The notes beneath the pieces are model-generated. The model ran no database searches. It was not told the origin of the DNA and saw nothing but the letters and a program-made list of their open reading frames with translations. A program made the position numbers and the translations under genes. A stretch of 59,509 bases of DNA, counting the filler, from Sphacelaria rigidula (lineage: Eukaryota), in NCBI GenBank assembly GCA_964200075.2. It is 6 parts of 6 records of this genome, joined end to end, with 100 filler letters (N's around TTAATTAATTAA, not from the genome) between each part and the next. Parts side by side here need not be neighbours in the genome. Positions count along the whole stretch, not along the records: positions 39,742 to 49,575 come from CAXNAA020007665.1; positions 49,676 to 59,509 come from CAXNAA020007666.1; 4 more parts are not named here. One strand, written 5' to 3'. Shown here in pieces: positions 46,215 through 57,091 of this stretch. Positions within the stretch are counted from its first letter, which is position 1. Every line of letters begins with the position of its first letter.

Positions 46215-47404
46215 CAGTGCTGACTCAAGGGCGGGTTATGTTGTTCCCCGCCCGCTTGGTGAAACGGTCCATGGGACCATGCCGAATGAAGTCGTTCATT
46301 TTGACTTCTTGTACGTGGGCAAGAGTGGCCCGCTAGCTTCCCAAGGTTTGTCGGAGGATGCTGGGTTTCGACACATTTTTGTACTCATGGATGATTTGAG
46401 CAACTTCGTGGCTCTGGAACCAGTAGCAGTGGGTACTGCTGAGTTGAGCGCTGCATCTTTGCTGAAATGGTGCAAAACTTTGGGGTTCTGCGTGTGTGGG
46501 TGAGTGACCGCCACGCATTTCAAGAATGCGATCTTGGCCCGATTGCGAGAGGCTTTGCACGTTGATCACCAGTTTGCGGTGGCGTATTCTCCGTGATCTA
46601 ACGGCACGTGCGAACGAATGGTCGTAGAGCGGTTTCCGAGTGGGTGAACGTGTTGCCGGCGGTACAATAGACGCTCAATACAGCGTATCGTCGTCGTTAC
46701 GATAGAACGCCGTACCACGTGATGTTTGGCCGTGGTACTCGGACGTCTTTCTCGGTGCTGGCGTCTTCGTCGGAGGGGGCATGGAATTAGGATGTCTTGA
46801 ATAATGGTCAAATCAAGCGTGCATTGCAAGGAGTCTTAGACTTGCAAAAGCGTTTCCACGTTCAAGTGCAGGAGCATGTTGCTGCTGAACGTGCGCGTAG
46901 ACGTAAGGGGTCCTCGTCGGGGCTGGAACTGCCGAATTTTGAGGTAGGCGACCATGTCTTGTATGCACGCGTGCGTCGTCCGGGCGTTACGCCCAAATTG
47001 ATGGCGACGTGGACTGGTCCGTGGAGGGTGGTTGGTGCTCACCACCCGCACGCATTTGAGATTCAGAACATCATTTCGGGTCGTGTTCAGACCACCCATG
47101 TAGCTCGTTTGCGTTTTTATGCAGACTCGCAGCTTATTGTTACGGCTGACATTAAGGACGTGTTCCAGCATGCTTTCAATCAGGGGCAATGTCAGATGGC
47201 TGGTATTGTTCGCGTGGCAGAAGCAGACGATCGTTCGTGGATCGTGTTGGCCGACTGGGTTGGTTTCGAAGTTGAGGAGCGTGCGTGGGAGCCTTTCAAG
47301 GATATTTTTGAGGCTACCCCGGAATTTCTCACAAAGTAGTTGCGTAAATTGCGCGTGACTCGTGCCATTGCTGCTCGCATTACTCGTGAGATTGGTATTC
47401 AGTA
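46215..47404 (+). pseudogene. pol: Gypsy integrase core, GPY/F-like region and chromodomain
   Basis: EVVHFDFLYV, VLMDDLSNFV, FEVGDHVL...KLMATWTGPWRV and DWVGFEVEERAWEP. Confidence 0.88.
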
Positions 47405-48699
47405 GTGACTTGCTCATCGTTTTGGCGTTTTTTATATGCCAAGTTTGTTGCTCGTTTTCGTCCAACGCGCTTTGGAGGTGCTGTGACGAAAATACGCCGT
47501 TACGTTGAGTCTGTAGTGATGATCTGAATAACGACCGGGAACACGGGGATCCCAGAGAATTCAGGGAGGGTTCTGGATCATGACCGGAGACACGGGAATG
47601 ATACCCTGCCGGTCTATGAGGCTGTCCCTGCAAGGGCACTCCGGATAATGAAATGTTCCAAAGGCTGACAACTTAAACGGTGGTCAGTGAGACTGGGGAG
47701 TCCCTCAACAGCAGTGACCCAGCAGTTCTTCTTCTGGCTGGCGTCACAGGTCGTCTGTGGCGAATCCACACACGTTTCACGATCCTAGGCTCAACTTCGA
47801 TTTTGAATCATTATCCACCCTATTTTTGTCTACTGTTCTCTCTCCGTAATTTGTACTTTTACACTCTCATGTTTAATTGTTCTTCCCGTTTCCGGTTGGT
47901 CTTCGTCGTTTTGCTTCGGGTTAGGGTTAGTTCCCCTCCCATTCCCCTTCCGGGCAGTTAGTTGTTCTTGATTCTCCTTTGCTCGGTTTACCCGCGGACT
48001 ACGTCTTAGATTTGCTGTTCCATTTGCTATGCATACTCTCCATCCTACCAGTATAACCCATGCCGACACCTTACTTGTCTCTATCCTTTCCCACTCCTTG
48101 CTCGCGCTCTGTATTAGCGAGACTAGGGAGTGTTCTCTCTCCCTTTCTATTGTTCCTTTTGTCAAACGATATATAATCCTACTTTAATGCATTTCCTTTT
48201 GAACTCTATTCGCGTCATATCGCTACGGACTCCGAATACCAACACTACTAGTACTTTTCCCGTCCACTCTACACTTCTCCATCCGCCCTTCCTTACCGTA
48301 TCTCTCTCCATCTCTTGCGAGAGTATCTCGAGCTTGTTCGTTTTTGGTATTGTGGTGGGATGTACAGTAGTGGGCGGTCTAACTATTCATTTTGAGGCTT
48401 TTTGTGATTTCTTCGTAATTGGCGATTTTCTTGGGTTCTTTTCGCTTGCCCCTGCTTATCACATTGGGGATCTGAAGATATTTCTATCCGCTCCACATTT
48501 CAAGAAAAAAAACTCATCTGTGCTCAATATTGAGTGACTTATGGGCTGGCCGGTCATCTGGGGTCCTGCCACGTTTCAGCTCAGGTTCTCACTCTTCCGT
48601 ATTTTCGGTCGATCGAGCCTGTCCCGATCATATTTGCGAAAACAATATAGTTTTATTGTTCTGAAATTCTGACAACTCCTTGCACTAAAGCCAAAAAAC

Positions 48700-49520
48700 A
48701 GTGTTTCACGGTCAATACCACCCTACTAATAAACGGGGGTAATCACTCGTTTCACCCGATAACACCAACTAGCACTCACTTGGGCACTGTCTTTTGAAGA
48801 TGATCTGTTTATTGTAACAAAATCTACCGACGCTAGCAATTTCGAGTTCTATCGAAGAGTAGTACGCGAGGAAAACCCCCAAACCCCGCTGAATAGTTAG
48901 ACCACCCACTGTTGCAGTCAAGGTACTAGGATATACTAATCTTAGTACTTGTGGGGGGTCTGGTGTATTTCAGTTCTTTTGCTGGCTGACCGACAACAGT
49001 AATGCCTCCAACACGGGCTCGTAGCCTGAAGCCAAAATCAACACCCTAGACAGAGTACTCCACGTTTATGCCATGCGATCTGCATGAAAAACCATTTAGG
49101 CGCCCCACGACCGTATCTTCTATCTTCCTGCCCCACTGCTGTACTGAATACTGTTCTCCAGGGAGGTCATTTTCACCGTGTAAGGTTCAAGGGCGGCTTG
49201 CATAACGCAAGGCCTCACTAACACATCGGGGTGTCCCGTACATCATCACTTCTCCCCACTCCGTGTAAGGTCCACTATGGCTCGCTACTCCACAAATGAT
49301 CCCGAGTAGACCTTCGCTGCCGAAGGCTTGGCCAGCGACTCCCCCACACTCTGTACCACCAACTTCTATCCTCCAAGATCCTAAGAGGTCTACACACCGC
49401 TTGGTGCTCCTTTTCGTTGGTCACGTGGTCGGGCATTGGTAAGATGTTTGTTTCTTGAGCGCAGTAGGTCGTGACGTTCATGTCATGCATTATCCACCCC
49501 TTCCATTCATTTGATGACAC
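48700..49520 (-). pseudogene. Possible decayed LINE APE-endonuclease relic
   Basis: Minus-strand IMHDMNVTTYCAQETNI (QET motif) is followed by LCLG/DF-, SVDFV- and SDY-like fragments in the expected order. Heavily degenerate. Confidence 0.3.
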
Positions 49521-49575
49521 TTTTCACGACCCCCCCCCCCCCCCCCCCCCCCCCACCCCCCCCACCCCCCACCCC

Positions 49576-49675
49576 NNNNNNNNNNNNNNNNNNNNNNNNN
49601 NNNNNNNNNNNNNNNNNNNTTAATTAATTAANNNNNNNNNNNNNNNNNNNNNNNNNNNNNNNNNNNNNNNNNNNN
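49576..49675. other. Artificial 100-bp contig spacer
   Basis: N44-TTAATTAATTAA-N44. Confidence 0.97.
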
Positions 49676-49936
49676 CTCCCCCTCCCCCCCCTTCTTGATT
49701 TCAGCTTCCGAAACACGGGAAAGCGTTGCTGTATCCTCAAGCATATTTCTCCTCTGCATTCTTCACGCAACAAAAACGTACAGGCAGTCCTTTGAGGTCC
49801 CGCATCCAGCTCGGACGCGTAAGTTCAAAGCATGGGGAAGGGAGAACGAGAAAAAGTCATGTGTATCATGTACTTCTCTTCATATTCATGCTGAAATCAG
49901 CATATCTTTTCCGTCAGCCCCCTTTTATCCTCAATG

Positions 49937-50382
49937 AACAGCCGATCATCGAAATTGAGGATGAAGCTTTTCATTGAGGATGATAACCCGGAGGATTAAA
50001 ATCTTCGTATCCACACCAAATCTTCAAAATATGGTTCGATTCCTTCACCTACTGGTAGATATTGACAACTTCTACACGCCCTACAAATTTGGATTTCGAA
50101 AACCGAAATATTGGGGTTCTGGAGGAAGAAACAATATTGAGGAATGTAGGTGATCCGATCGGCGATCGACTAAATTCTCCGAAATTGATTTTCCACCTAG
50201 GACCCCCAACATTTCGGTTATCGAAATCCAATCTGTATGGCGTGTAGTACTCGTCAATAGCCACTAGTAGATGAAGGAATGGAACCATATTTCGAAGATT
50301 TGGTGTGGATACGGAGATTTTAATCTTCTGAGTTCTCATCCTCAATGAAAAGCTCCATCCTCAATATCGATGATCGGCTGTT
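49937..50382. mobile_element. Foldback MITE, same family as 38317-38772
   Basis: AACAGCCGATCATCGA / TCGATGATCGGCTGTT termini with shared internal arms. The flanks are AATG/GATG. Confidence 0.85.
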
Positions 50383-50656
50383 GATGAAAGAAGCAACTCG
50401 AGGGATTCACGTTTCCACTGACAGGTATGATCAAAGCGTATCTGACCTGTACTCTCTCGGCAAGTGACCGGTCGCTACTCAAGTTTATGATTGAAAACCA
50501 GCACGAATCATCAGTTTTCACTGTCGATTGAAAATTAGCACAGATCATCACATTCCGCTGTCTGCAGTGCACCCCTCCTACATTTATTTGCGGGATCATT
50601 CTTGTTCTAATGTCTACGCTGGAAATATCACGTCGTGGTATTTCGGGCTTTGTTCA

Positions 50657-51035
50657 CGCTACAGCAGTCTATCGCATCTACGTTGCTGACCCCGTGTTTT
50701 CGCTACAGCAGACTGTCGGATATAATCTTTCATGTATTTTTGCTTTCGCTACAACAGTCAATCGAAAGTTTTACCTACTCTACCCTTCTGCAATTGCCTT
50801 CTACACTTGAGAGTTTTCCCAAAGAGTTTTCCGTTCACCGTACCCTGCGAAAATCTTTCAGTCAACATCAACCTATCGTTGTACTCTCGCATGCCTTATA
50901 CAGTCAATCAACTACAGTCGATCGAAACACTTGTGCTACGTCCACTACAACAGTCAATAACCCGCAACTTTACTCGCACATTTTCGCACAGATATGCAAT
51001 CAACTCTCCGATGCGCTCAATCATCTACAGTCAAT
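50657..51035 (+). repeat. Interspaced short direct repeats CGCTACA(A/G)CAGTCAATCG
   Basis: Copies at 50657, 50701 and 50747 (44-46 bp period), with partial copies at 50899, 50912, 50943 and 51025. Confidence 0.6.
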
Positions 51036-51704
51036 AATATTACTCAATTCACCGGTATACTCACCAAAAATAATATTGCCACACAAAAACAGCAACAACG
51101 AAAATCATCTTCCAAAAAGCCTCGGCTTGGGCATCTGAACATACTGTCGAGCCTACCTCGCCTGACTCGTTCATCGCTAACACCACATCTTCACCGTCCT
51201 TGCATTTTCTTGCACTGCGTCCTTTTCCTCCGCGCCGAAAGCATCATCTCTGCGGACAGTTACGAGCTCTATGTGCCACCATCTCGTTGCACTCACGATC
51301 GCCGTAACTCCTTGTCGATGCTGTTGACTCTGTCTCGTCACCATCACCATCACCATCATCACCTTGCCCTCCATCACCCCCCGAGTCTTTGCCCTCGGGC
51401 CTTCTCACCGCGGCGCGAGCCGCTGGCTTTGCCCGGCTGACCTCGCGCGACTAGGGCCCCGCCACCGGCCGACCCCTTTGCCCTTCAGAGTAGCTGTTCG
51501 AAAGCACTCGACTCGAAGCTTCCCCGCATTACGAATTCAGTAATTCACGGATGACCTGCCCTTCTGCAGCAGTCTTGGTACTTCGAAGGCGTTGCTGGCG
51601 CACCTCCTGCATGCTTTATTGTTGGGCTGCGTACCGACGCCGCGCCCCGGTGGTCCTATAGTCAGAGTCTCTGATTTCCACCGTCGGAAGCGTGAGTATG
51701 TGAG

Positions 51705-51952
51705 GACTAATGCTGAGATAGCCCCCACACAAGAAGTGCACCGGAGACCGTCCGATAAACCGGCTGCGATCCCACTATTGGCCTCTTTTGCAGCAATTTT
51801 GCCCACATGAGAGGCGGGTAGCAGTCCGAAATCAGCTATAACATCCAAATGAGTCGCGTCGTGCAGCACGAAACCGGCTCTAACTACGTTAGTGATCATT
51901 GCCTCCGCGCACTTTTTTGGCCGGTTCGGAGGGGGCTATCTCGGCAGCAGCC
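51705..51952. mobile_element. Family B MITE with a 4-bp TGAG TSD
   Basis: TGAG|GACTAATGCTGAGATAGCCCC...GGGGCTATCTCGGCAGCAGCC|TGAG. Confidence 0.88.
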
Positions 51953-51987
51953 TGAGTAGACAGAAAGCGGTTGACTGAATTCTTGTG

Positions 51988-52246
51988 ACGAGAGTTGACG
52001 CGGTGCGGAAGTGGTGATAGTCATGACCTAATCCGCGAGACCAAAATGCAAGGCGTGTACCGGGGGGGGGGCGTACTCATTTGTTGCTTGCCTTAGTCAT
52101 TTGACCATTGACCACGCATCCCTTTCGAGATGGAGCACAAGGCGTGTACCGGGGAGAGATGAGTTGAGCCCTTGAGACCACGGATTTGTCCCGAGGAAGG
52201 GGGAGGGGTTTCAAAGCGCGGCAAATGAAATAAACATAATAAAAAA
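51988..52246 (+). mobile_element. 3' end of the A-tailed retroelement, hosting a C-tailed element insertion
   Basis: Homolog of 23124-23404, ending in GAAATAAACATAATAAAAAA. Confidence 0.6.
52066..52137 (-). mobile_element. 72-bp copy of the C-tailed retroelement with a 17-bp TSD
   Basis: TSD CAAGGCGTGTACCGGGG at 52049-52065 and 52138-52154. The empty-site homolog is visible near 23193-23215. Confidence 0.85.
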
Positions 52247-52751
52247 TGTCACATAATAATCTCCAACATACGTTCACGGTGCCATGCTGCTGATGTACCG
52301 TCCAGACAGACTTCTTCCATGCGGGCCTAACACAACGGTATGCTACAATGCTTTTTCTCTCCGCCGCACCCAGTACACTGTTCGTTGTTCCTGCTGTGCT
52401 CTACAACAGCAGTGCACAGCTCTTTGCAGTATACGAGGTGGTAGGTAGCCGGGTGGCAATGACTTTGCAGAGAGTAAAAAGCACACCTCTTTTGCCTGTG
52501 CTTCGATGGTTGAGTAGAGTGATGCTAGGATGGGGGGGCGGGGGTGATTCCACGAAGAACAGGGATTCACAGTCGTGTCAGACGACGTAACTACTCGCGA
52601 TGCGTTTTTATTTGGGTGAAGGCGGTGTCAAGTGGCATAAATCAGTGTCTTCTCGGTGACAAGCGCTTTCGAACTAACTTTGCTGCGTTCAACGACGATT
52701 TGATGTGAAATTTCGTAGAAGAAATGGCCAACCCCCCCCTTCCTATCATAG

Positions 52752-52791
52752 TCAATGGTCGAACGACTAAGGCAAGCAACAAATGAGTACG
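52752..52791 (+). mobile_element. ~40-bp copy of the C-tailed retroelement
   Basis: TCAATGGTCGAACGACTAAGGCAAGCAACAAATGAGTACG lies between imperfect repeats CCCC..TTCCTATCATAG and CCCC..CTCCTTTCGTAG. Confidence 0.75.
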
Positions 52792-53174
52792 CCCCCCCCC
52801 CTCCTTTCGTAGCATCACTCAGTGGTTGTTACTCACATGGTCAAACGCAATTTCACCTTTAGGCGGGCGATATAGGGCGATTCGAAGGGGAACGTGGTGT
52901 ACCATTCGACCATTCACAACTATGGCAATACACATTCGAACCCCCTTCAGGCCTGCTGCCCGACCTAAACGTTTCCTGGAAACGTAGCGGGAAAGTGTTC
53001 TCAAACAATGGGGCAACCAGCACGCGCCTTCCTCGAAAACATGGGAACCCGTGCACTGCCAGCCGGCGCTACTGTTCCGAGACGATGCTGGAGGTCAATG
53101 GGTTGATACTCACAGCGCCCAGTCGTGCAGATGACCTCTGGTTGGTCTGTCTACTTCAGGGGTTCGAAATAGTT

Positions 53175-53521
53175 GTGTGTTGTCATCCCATTTATTCTCG
53201 ACCTCGGTCTACACCTTTCGGTATATGTGGGCGCACCAGCCGGGGTCACAAGAGAAAGGTCAACTCAGGAGCTTTTATTTTTTTATTTTTTTTGCAATAG
53301 TTCGCCGCCTTCCTTCTGCGGTGCTTACCTTTTATTTTTTTATCGCGAGGGGGTTCAGTGGTCCCTTTCTCTCGTCGACTGTTGAGTCGAATTTTGTGTA
53401 CCCACGGCATAGTCGCTCTCCACTGTTGGGCATTGTGTGAGAAAAAATCCCAGATCGCTCCGAAAATCAAACCCCTAACCCAACCGTCAGAAGGTTTCGA
53501 GGTTGCCACCAGGGCGACCGA
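53175..53521 (-). mobile_element. tRNA-derived SINE
   Basis: The reverse complement matches the 22217 copy. AATAGTT on both flanks may be a TSD. Confidence 0.8.
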
Positions 53522-55104
53522 CCTAATAGTTCTCGTGAATTTGACACATCGCCTACATACAGAAGGGTCTGAGCCTGCCAAGCCCTTACCACCTACAGAT
53601 AAAAATGTATACGTGTCGTATTGTGTAAAGTACAGAGTGCAGTACAGTACCGCACATTTATATTGGGTCGGTGACGACCTCCGTGGGCAGTGACTGTGCC
53701 ACCAGGGCATGTGGTATGGCTTTACACTTTACACACCGTAGCCTATACCGGCGTGTCTCTGTGAGGGTCTTCGCAGCAGACAGACGCCCCCCCAAACCTC
53801 TGACCTGCGTGCTTTATCATGGGCATGGACTGCTACATTCGCCATACTCCAGAAAGGGAGTTTGCATATCCGTATGATACAGCGCCCGAGGACCATAAAG
53901 GGGTCATGTAACGAGTAGAATTACTCCAAATGCCCGCGACACTGGCATGGTGTATAATCAGAACAGAAAGTCTTGGATTCTCAAGGGTTAAGAAAACCAT
54001 ACTGTTAATATATTTGGTCTACTGGGAGCCTTGGATTTTGAATTTTCATTATTATGGGCTGTGGACCATTTCCAGTACTGTGAGCACTGTTGTGTAACTC
54101 TTGTGCAAATGTCAAATCTCGTGCCAATGACACCCCTTTCACCACGAAGCGGTCCATTGGAGTCTATATTTGGGCTATGTAACTACCATACTCTGATTTC
54201 TTGCCTTCCAGCACAGTTCACGTACACCCTCTTCCCTGGTTCTAACCGTTAACCGCATCGCCGTAGAAGATTTTCTGAACATAATGACCGCTTGGCGGCC
54301 TCAGTATTCAATGGGATTAGTTTTTCGGGGTGGTCACGTTGTTGACGTCTAAGTGAAACTGACGGTAATCTGGTAGCCGCTGTTGTGCCCCCTGATTTAC
54401 GCTCAAGCTGATCGCAAATCGTGTACGTACACAGTAATTCCCGCCAGGCTTTTCTTGTCCGGGGTTGTGTGTTCGAAATGAGGTGCATCCATTTTCCCGT
54501 TTCTTACACAATGCATTTAACGTATGTACGCAGGGACCATGGCTGTGTAAGGTCACAGACCAAGCGGTACAGATTGTTGGGGTGCGTCTCTCCGAGATTA
54601 GCTTCACACCGTGTTTCATGGTTTTCCTCTTTCTTGCGTGTAAGCGGCACTGACCGTTGTCTGTCAGCCTCGGTTGCGCCTCCCGAGTGAAGCTCAAGCT
54701 CAGCGCAAAGTGTGTTATGCACCGGCTCGCCTTTTCTGCTCGGTGTCGTGTTTCGAAATTGAATGCATTTGTTTTCACGACTCTAGCACTGCACGTAAGG
54801 CACACCTCTTCTCCCAGCAAAGCGTCGGGTTGGCATTTATTGTTCAATTCTGTACTGTACTGTATTGCGCTCACAGAGCGAGCAGTGTGATGAGAATGAG
54901 TTGCAAAACGAAACCGAATTCCGCAGTACGACGTACTGACTGGCAGGAGTTTTGCCCGGTGTGCGCATTCGAATGATACGCACTATTTTCACGGTTCTCA
55001 TACAGCAATATCTGCCGAACAAATAAATCTCTATCGGGGAGTTCGTTTTTGACAGTGCTCCACTTCCCTATTCCATGCTGATCCCCCCTCCCGTGCGTTC
55101 CAAG

Positions 55105-55275
55105 AGCCCCGCGCATGTTGGAAGGCGATGGAGAAGTGGAGCAGCATGGCTCGAGGGCGCAGTTTACTGATGTGACCTTGCGAGAGGCAGTGGAGTGGAC
55201 TATGGGAGAGGACTCAGAATTTTCGTACGTAGATGTGCGATCGCCGGAGGAGCATGCGAAACCAACTACTCCCAG
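55105..55275 (+). CDS. Rhodanese-like domain protein, exon A (upstream exon unresolved)
   Basis: APRMLEGDGEVEQHGSRAQFTDVTLREAVEWTMGEDSEFSYVDVRSPEEHAKPTTP(R) contains the rhodanese DVRxPEE motif. Donor AG|gtaaaa. Confidence 0.8.
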
Positions 55276-55801
55276 GTAAAATATCCGAAGTATTTTCTCA
55301 AAGGGTTCTCGTGAAATTTGTGCGTCCTGCTGTCCTCCACGACATCTGTGTTGTTTTCCTCTGGTATGTGGCGAGGTGCAATGTTCTCAGATTACCATCA
55401 ACGCCTTGCCGTCTATGTAGCACAGATCATGCACACGCAGGGAGAGCGACGCTGGATGTTTGTGAACATGCAAAACAGTTTTGCCCGTACCATGTTTCTA
55501 TCGTGAGAGAACAAGGGCCCTGTTGGTTAATATATAGTGGTATTAGCACGTTCCTGTAGACAATTTCTTTCGCCGTTCGACTGTTGGCAACTCTCGTCCT
55601 CTCTAGGTTAGTGGTTTCACAGTGATGTAACAAATCTACAGCTACTGTGCCATAAGTCCCGTGAGTATGGGCTGATTCCGAACAAACTTAACTTTCTGAT
55701 AATGCTAAGTGAGCATCGCCTGCGGTAAGAAGTGAAAAAAAAGTTACACCTGTAGGGGAGAATGACCACAAGTAAGCAAACAAACAGAATCGGGAGATGG
55801 C

Positions 55802-56058
55802 GAGTGATGCTACGGTAGGGGTGCACAAATATGTTTTGAGGTTAGAATTGTTAGGAGCCCTTTATCTCATCCAAAACACCACTTGCGAAACATGCGTGAG
55901 TACTCCAGGAATACTATTCCAATGTGCTAGAGATATCCCGAATGGATTTGAAAACGGGGATGCCCTACCCCATATTATTGTGCAATCTAGAATCGTTAGG
56001 AGCCCCTGAACCAGACAAGATTTCGCGCAAAAAGTGCACCCCTACCGTAGCATTGCTC
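55802..56058. mobile_element. Family A MITE with a 4-bp TGGC TSD in a rhodanese intron
   Basis: TGGC|GAGTGATGCTACGGTAGGGGTGCAC...GTGCACCCCTACCGTAGCATTGCTC|TGGC. Confidence 0.88.
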
Positions 56059-56257
56059 TGGCATCAGAGCGCCGTGTCAAGTAATCGGAATTCGCGGCGA
56101 CCCGGGCCATGGCGAATGACATCCGTCGTAACACCTCCAGCTATCGCGTGCCGCATCCGGACCCGTTGTTATGGAAAGGCCGCACTCCTAACGCGCATCT
56201 CTAGACCGTCTTGACATTTTATTTGTATGTTGTCGTGCGTATCGCTCCTTGATACAG

Positions 56258-56390
56258 AAACTGTGTGAATATTCCTGCATTCCGGCGAGTTGTTTCCGAA
56301 GACCCTGGCGAGGAAGAGTACGGGGAAGATCGAGATTCGCTTGATTTCGAGAAGATGGATTGGAAACTCATGTCTGACTTCGTCGACCGG
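56258..56390 (+). CDS. Rhodanese-like domain protein, exon B
   Basis: gatacag|A, then NCVNIPAFRRVVSEDPGEEEYGEDRDSLDFEKMDWKLMSDFVDR|gtacgt. Phase 2 matches exon A, and the VNIP motif is present. Confidence 0.85.
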
Positions 56391-56926
56391 GTACGTATGA
56401 CTTTCCTTCGGTACTTTTTCCTAGGGTATCCGGTCGTGCTCTTATATCGCAATTCGCCGCCTGTCCTTTGCTTAATTGAAACTCGGCTTGTAGTTTGCGC
56501 CTTTCAAAAAAATGTGTCGAGGGCCGTTTGCCTCGCGATTAGTTGCACTGTCCTGAAGCCGGTGAGATTGAAATGCCAGTTTTTATGGAGCGTAGCGACC
56601 GGGTGAGACTGCCTGAATTCATGTCTGACCTGCCGATTTAGCCTACAGTATGTGCTGTTTAGGAGTGCCAGGATCCCTGAAGGTCGAGTTTTCGACCTAC
56701 ATTAGTTCAACCTTGGAAATATCTCACGAGATCCTTCAACGAACCTGATGTGTCGGGAATACAGGGTTTTTGACTCTGACGATAGTCAAGATTGGCAATC
56801 TATATTCAGGAGGGGGAAGTTATGCTTCGTCAACTGCGGTAGAAATCGATGTTGCACCTGTGCATTTTTCTCTCACATATCCCACTCCACCCGCTTTCTC
56901 CCACGTCCACATTCGCCAACCACTAG

Positions 56927-57091
56927 GTGAAATCCCAGTTTAGTCTGGACTCGAAGCTTTTGATAGGATGCAAGACCAGTCGATCGGAGACGGCGTGTCA
57001 GGTGCTTGCAGAGGCCGGATTTACGGAGATCTACAACGTCCAAAGTCAGACCTTCATGAAGACGCGCCATCCCGTGTGGATGGATTACTGA
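56927..57091 (+). CDS. Rhodanese-like domain protein, terminal exon C
   Basis: ccactag|VKSQFSLDSKLLIGCKTSRSETACQVLAEAGFTEIYNVQSQTFMKTRHPVWMDY*, matching the single-domain sulfurtransferase pattern IIVGCxxGxRS..A...L..AGF. Confidence 0.85.
   Translation: MKSQFSLDSKLLIGCKTSRSETACQVLAEAGFTEIYNVQSQTFMKTRHPVWMDY

Larger units (their letters stand above)
39742..47748 (+). mobile_element. Decayed Ty3/Gypsy LTR retrotransposon with a chromodomain (chromovirus-like)
   Basis: Domain order gag-PR-RT-RH-IN-CHD. The 3' LTR spans 47482-47748 (TGTGACG...CGTCACA), and its last ~88 bp match 39797-39884. Many stops and frameshifts are present. Confidence 0.92.

Noticed and set aside
50657-50764. True CRISPR array
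   Set aside because: The context is eukaryotic, there are only three short degenerate repeats, and no cas genes are present.
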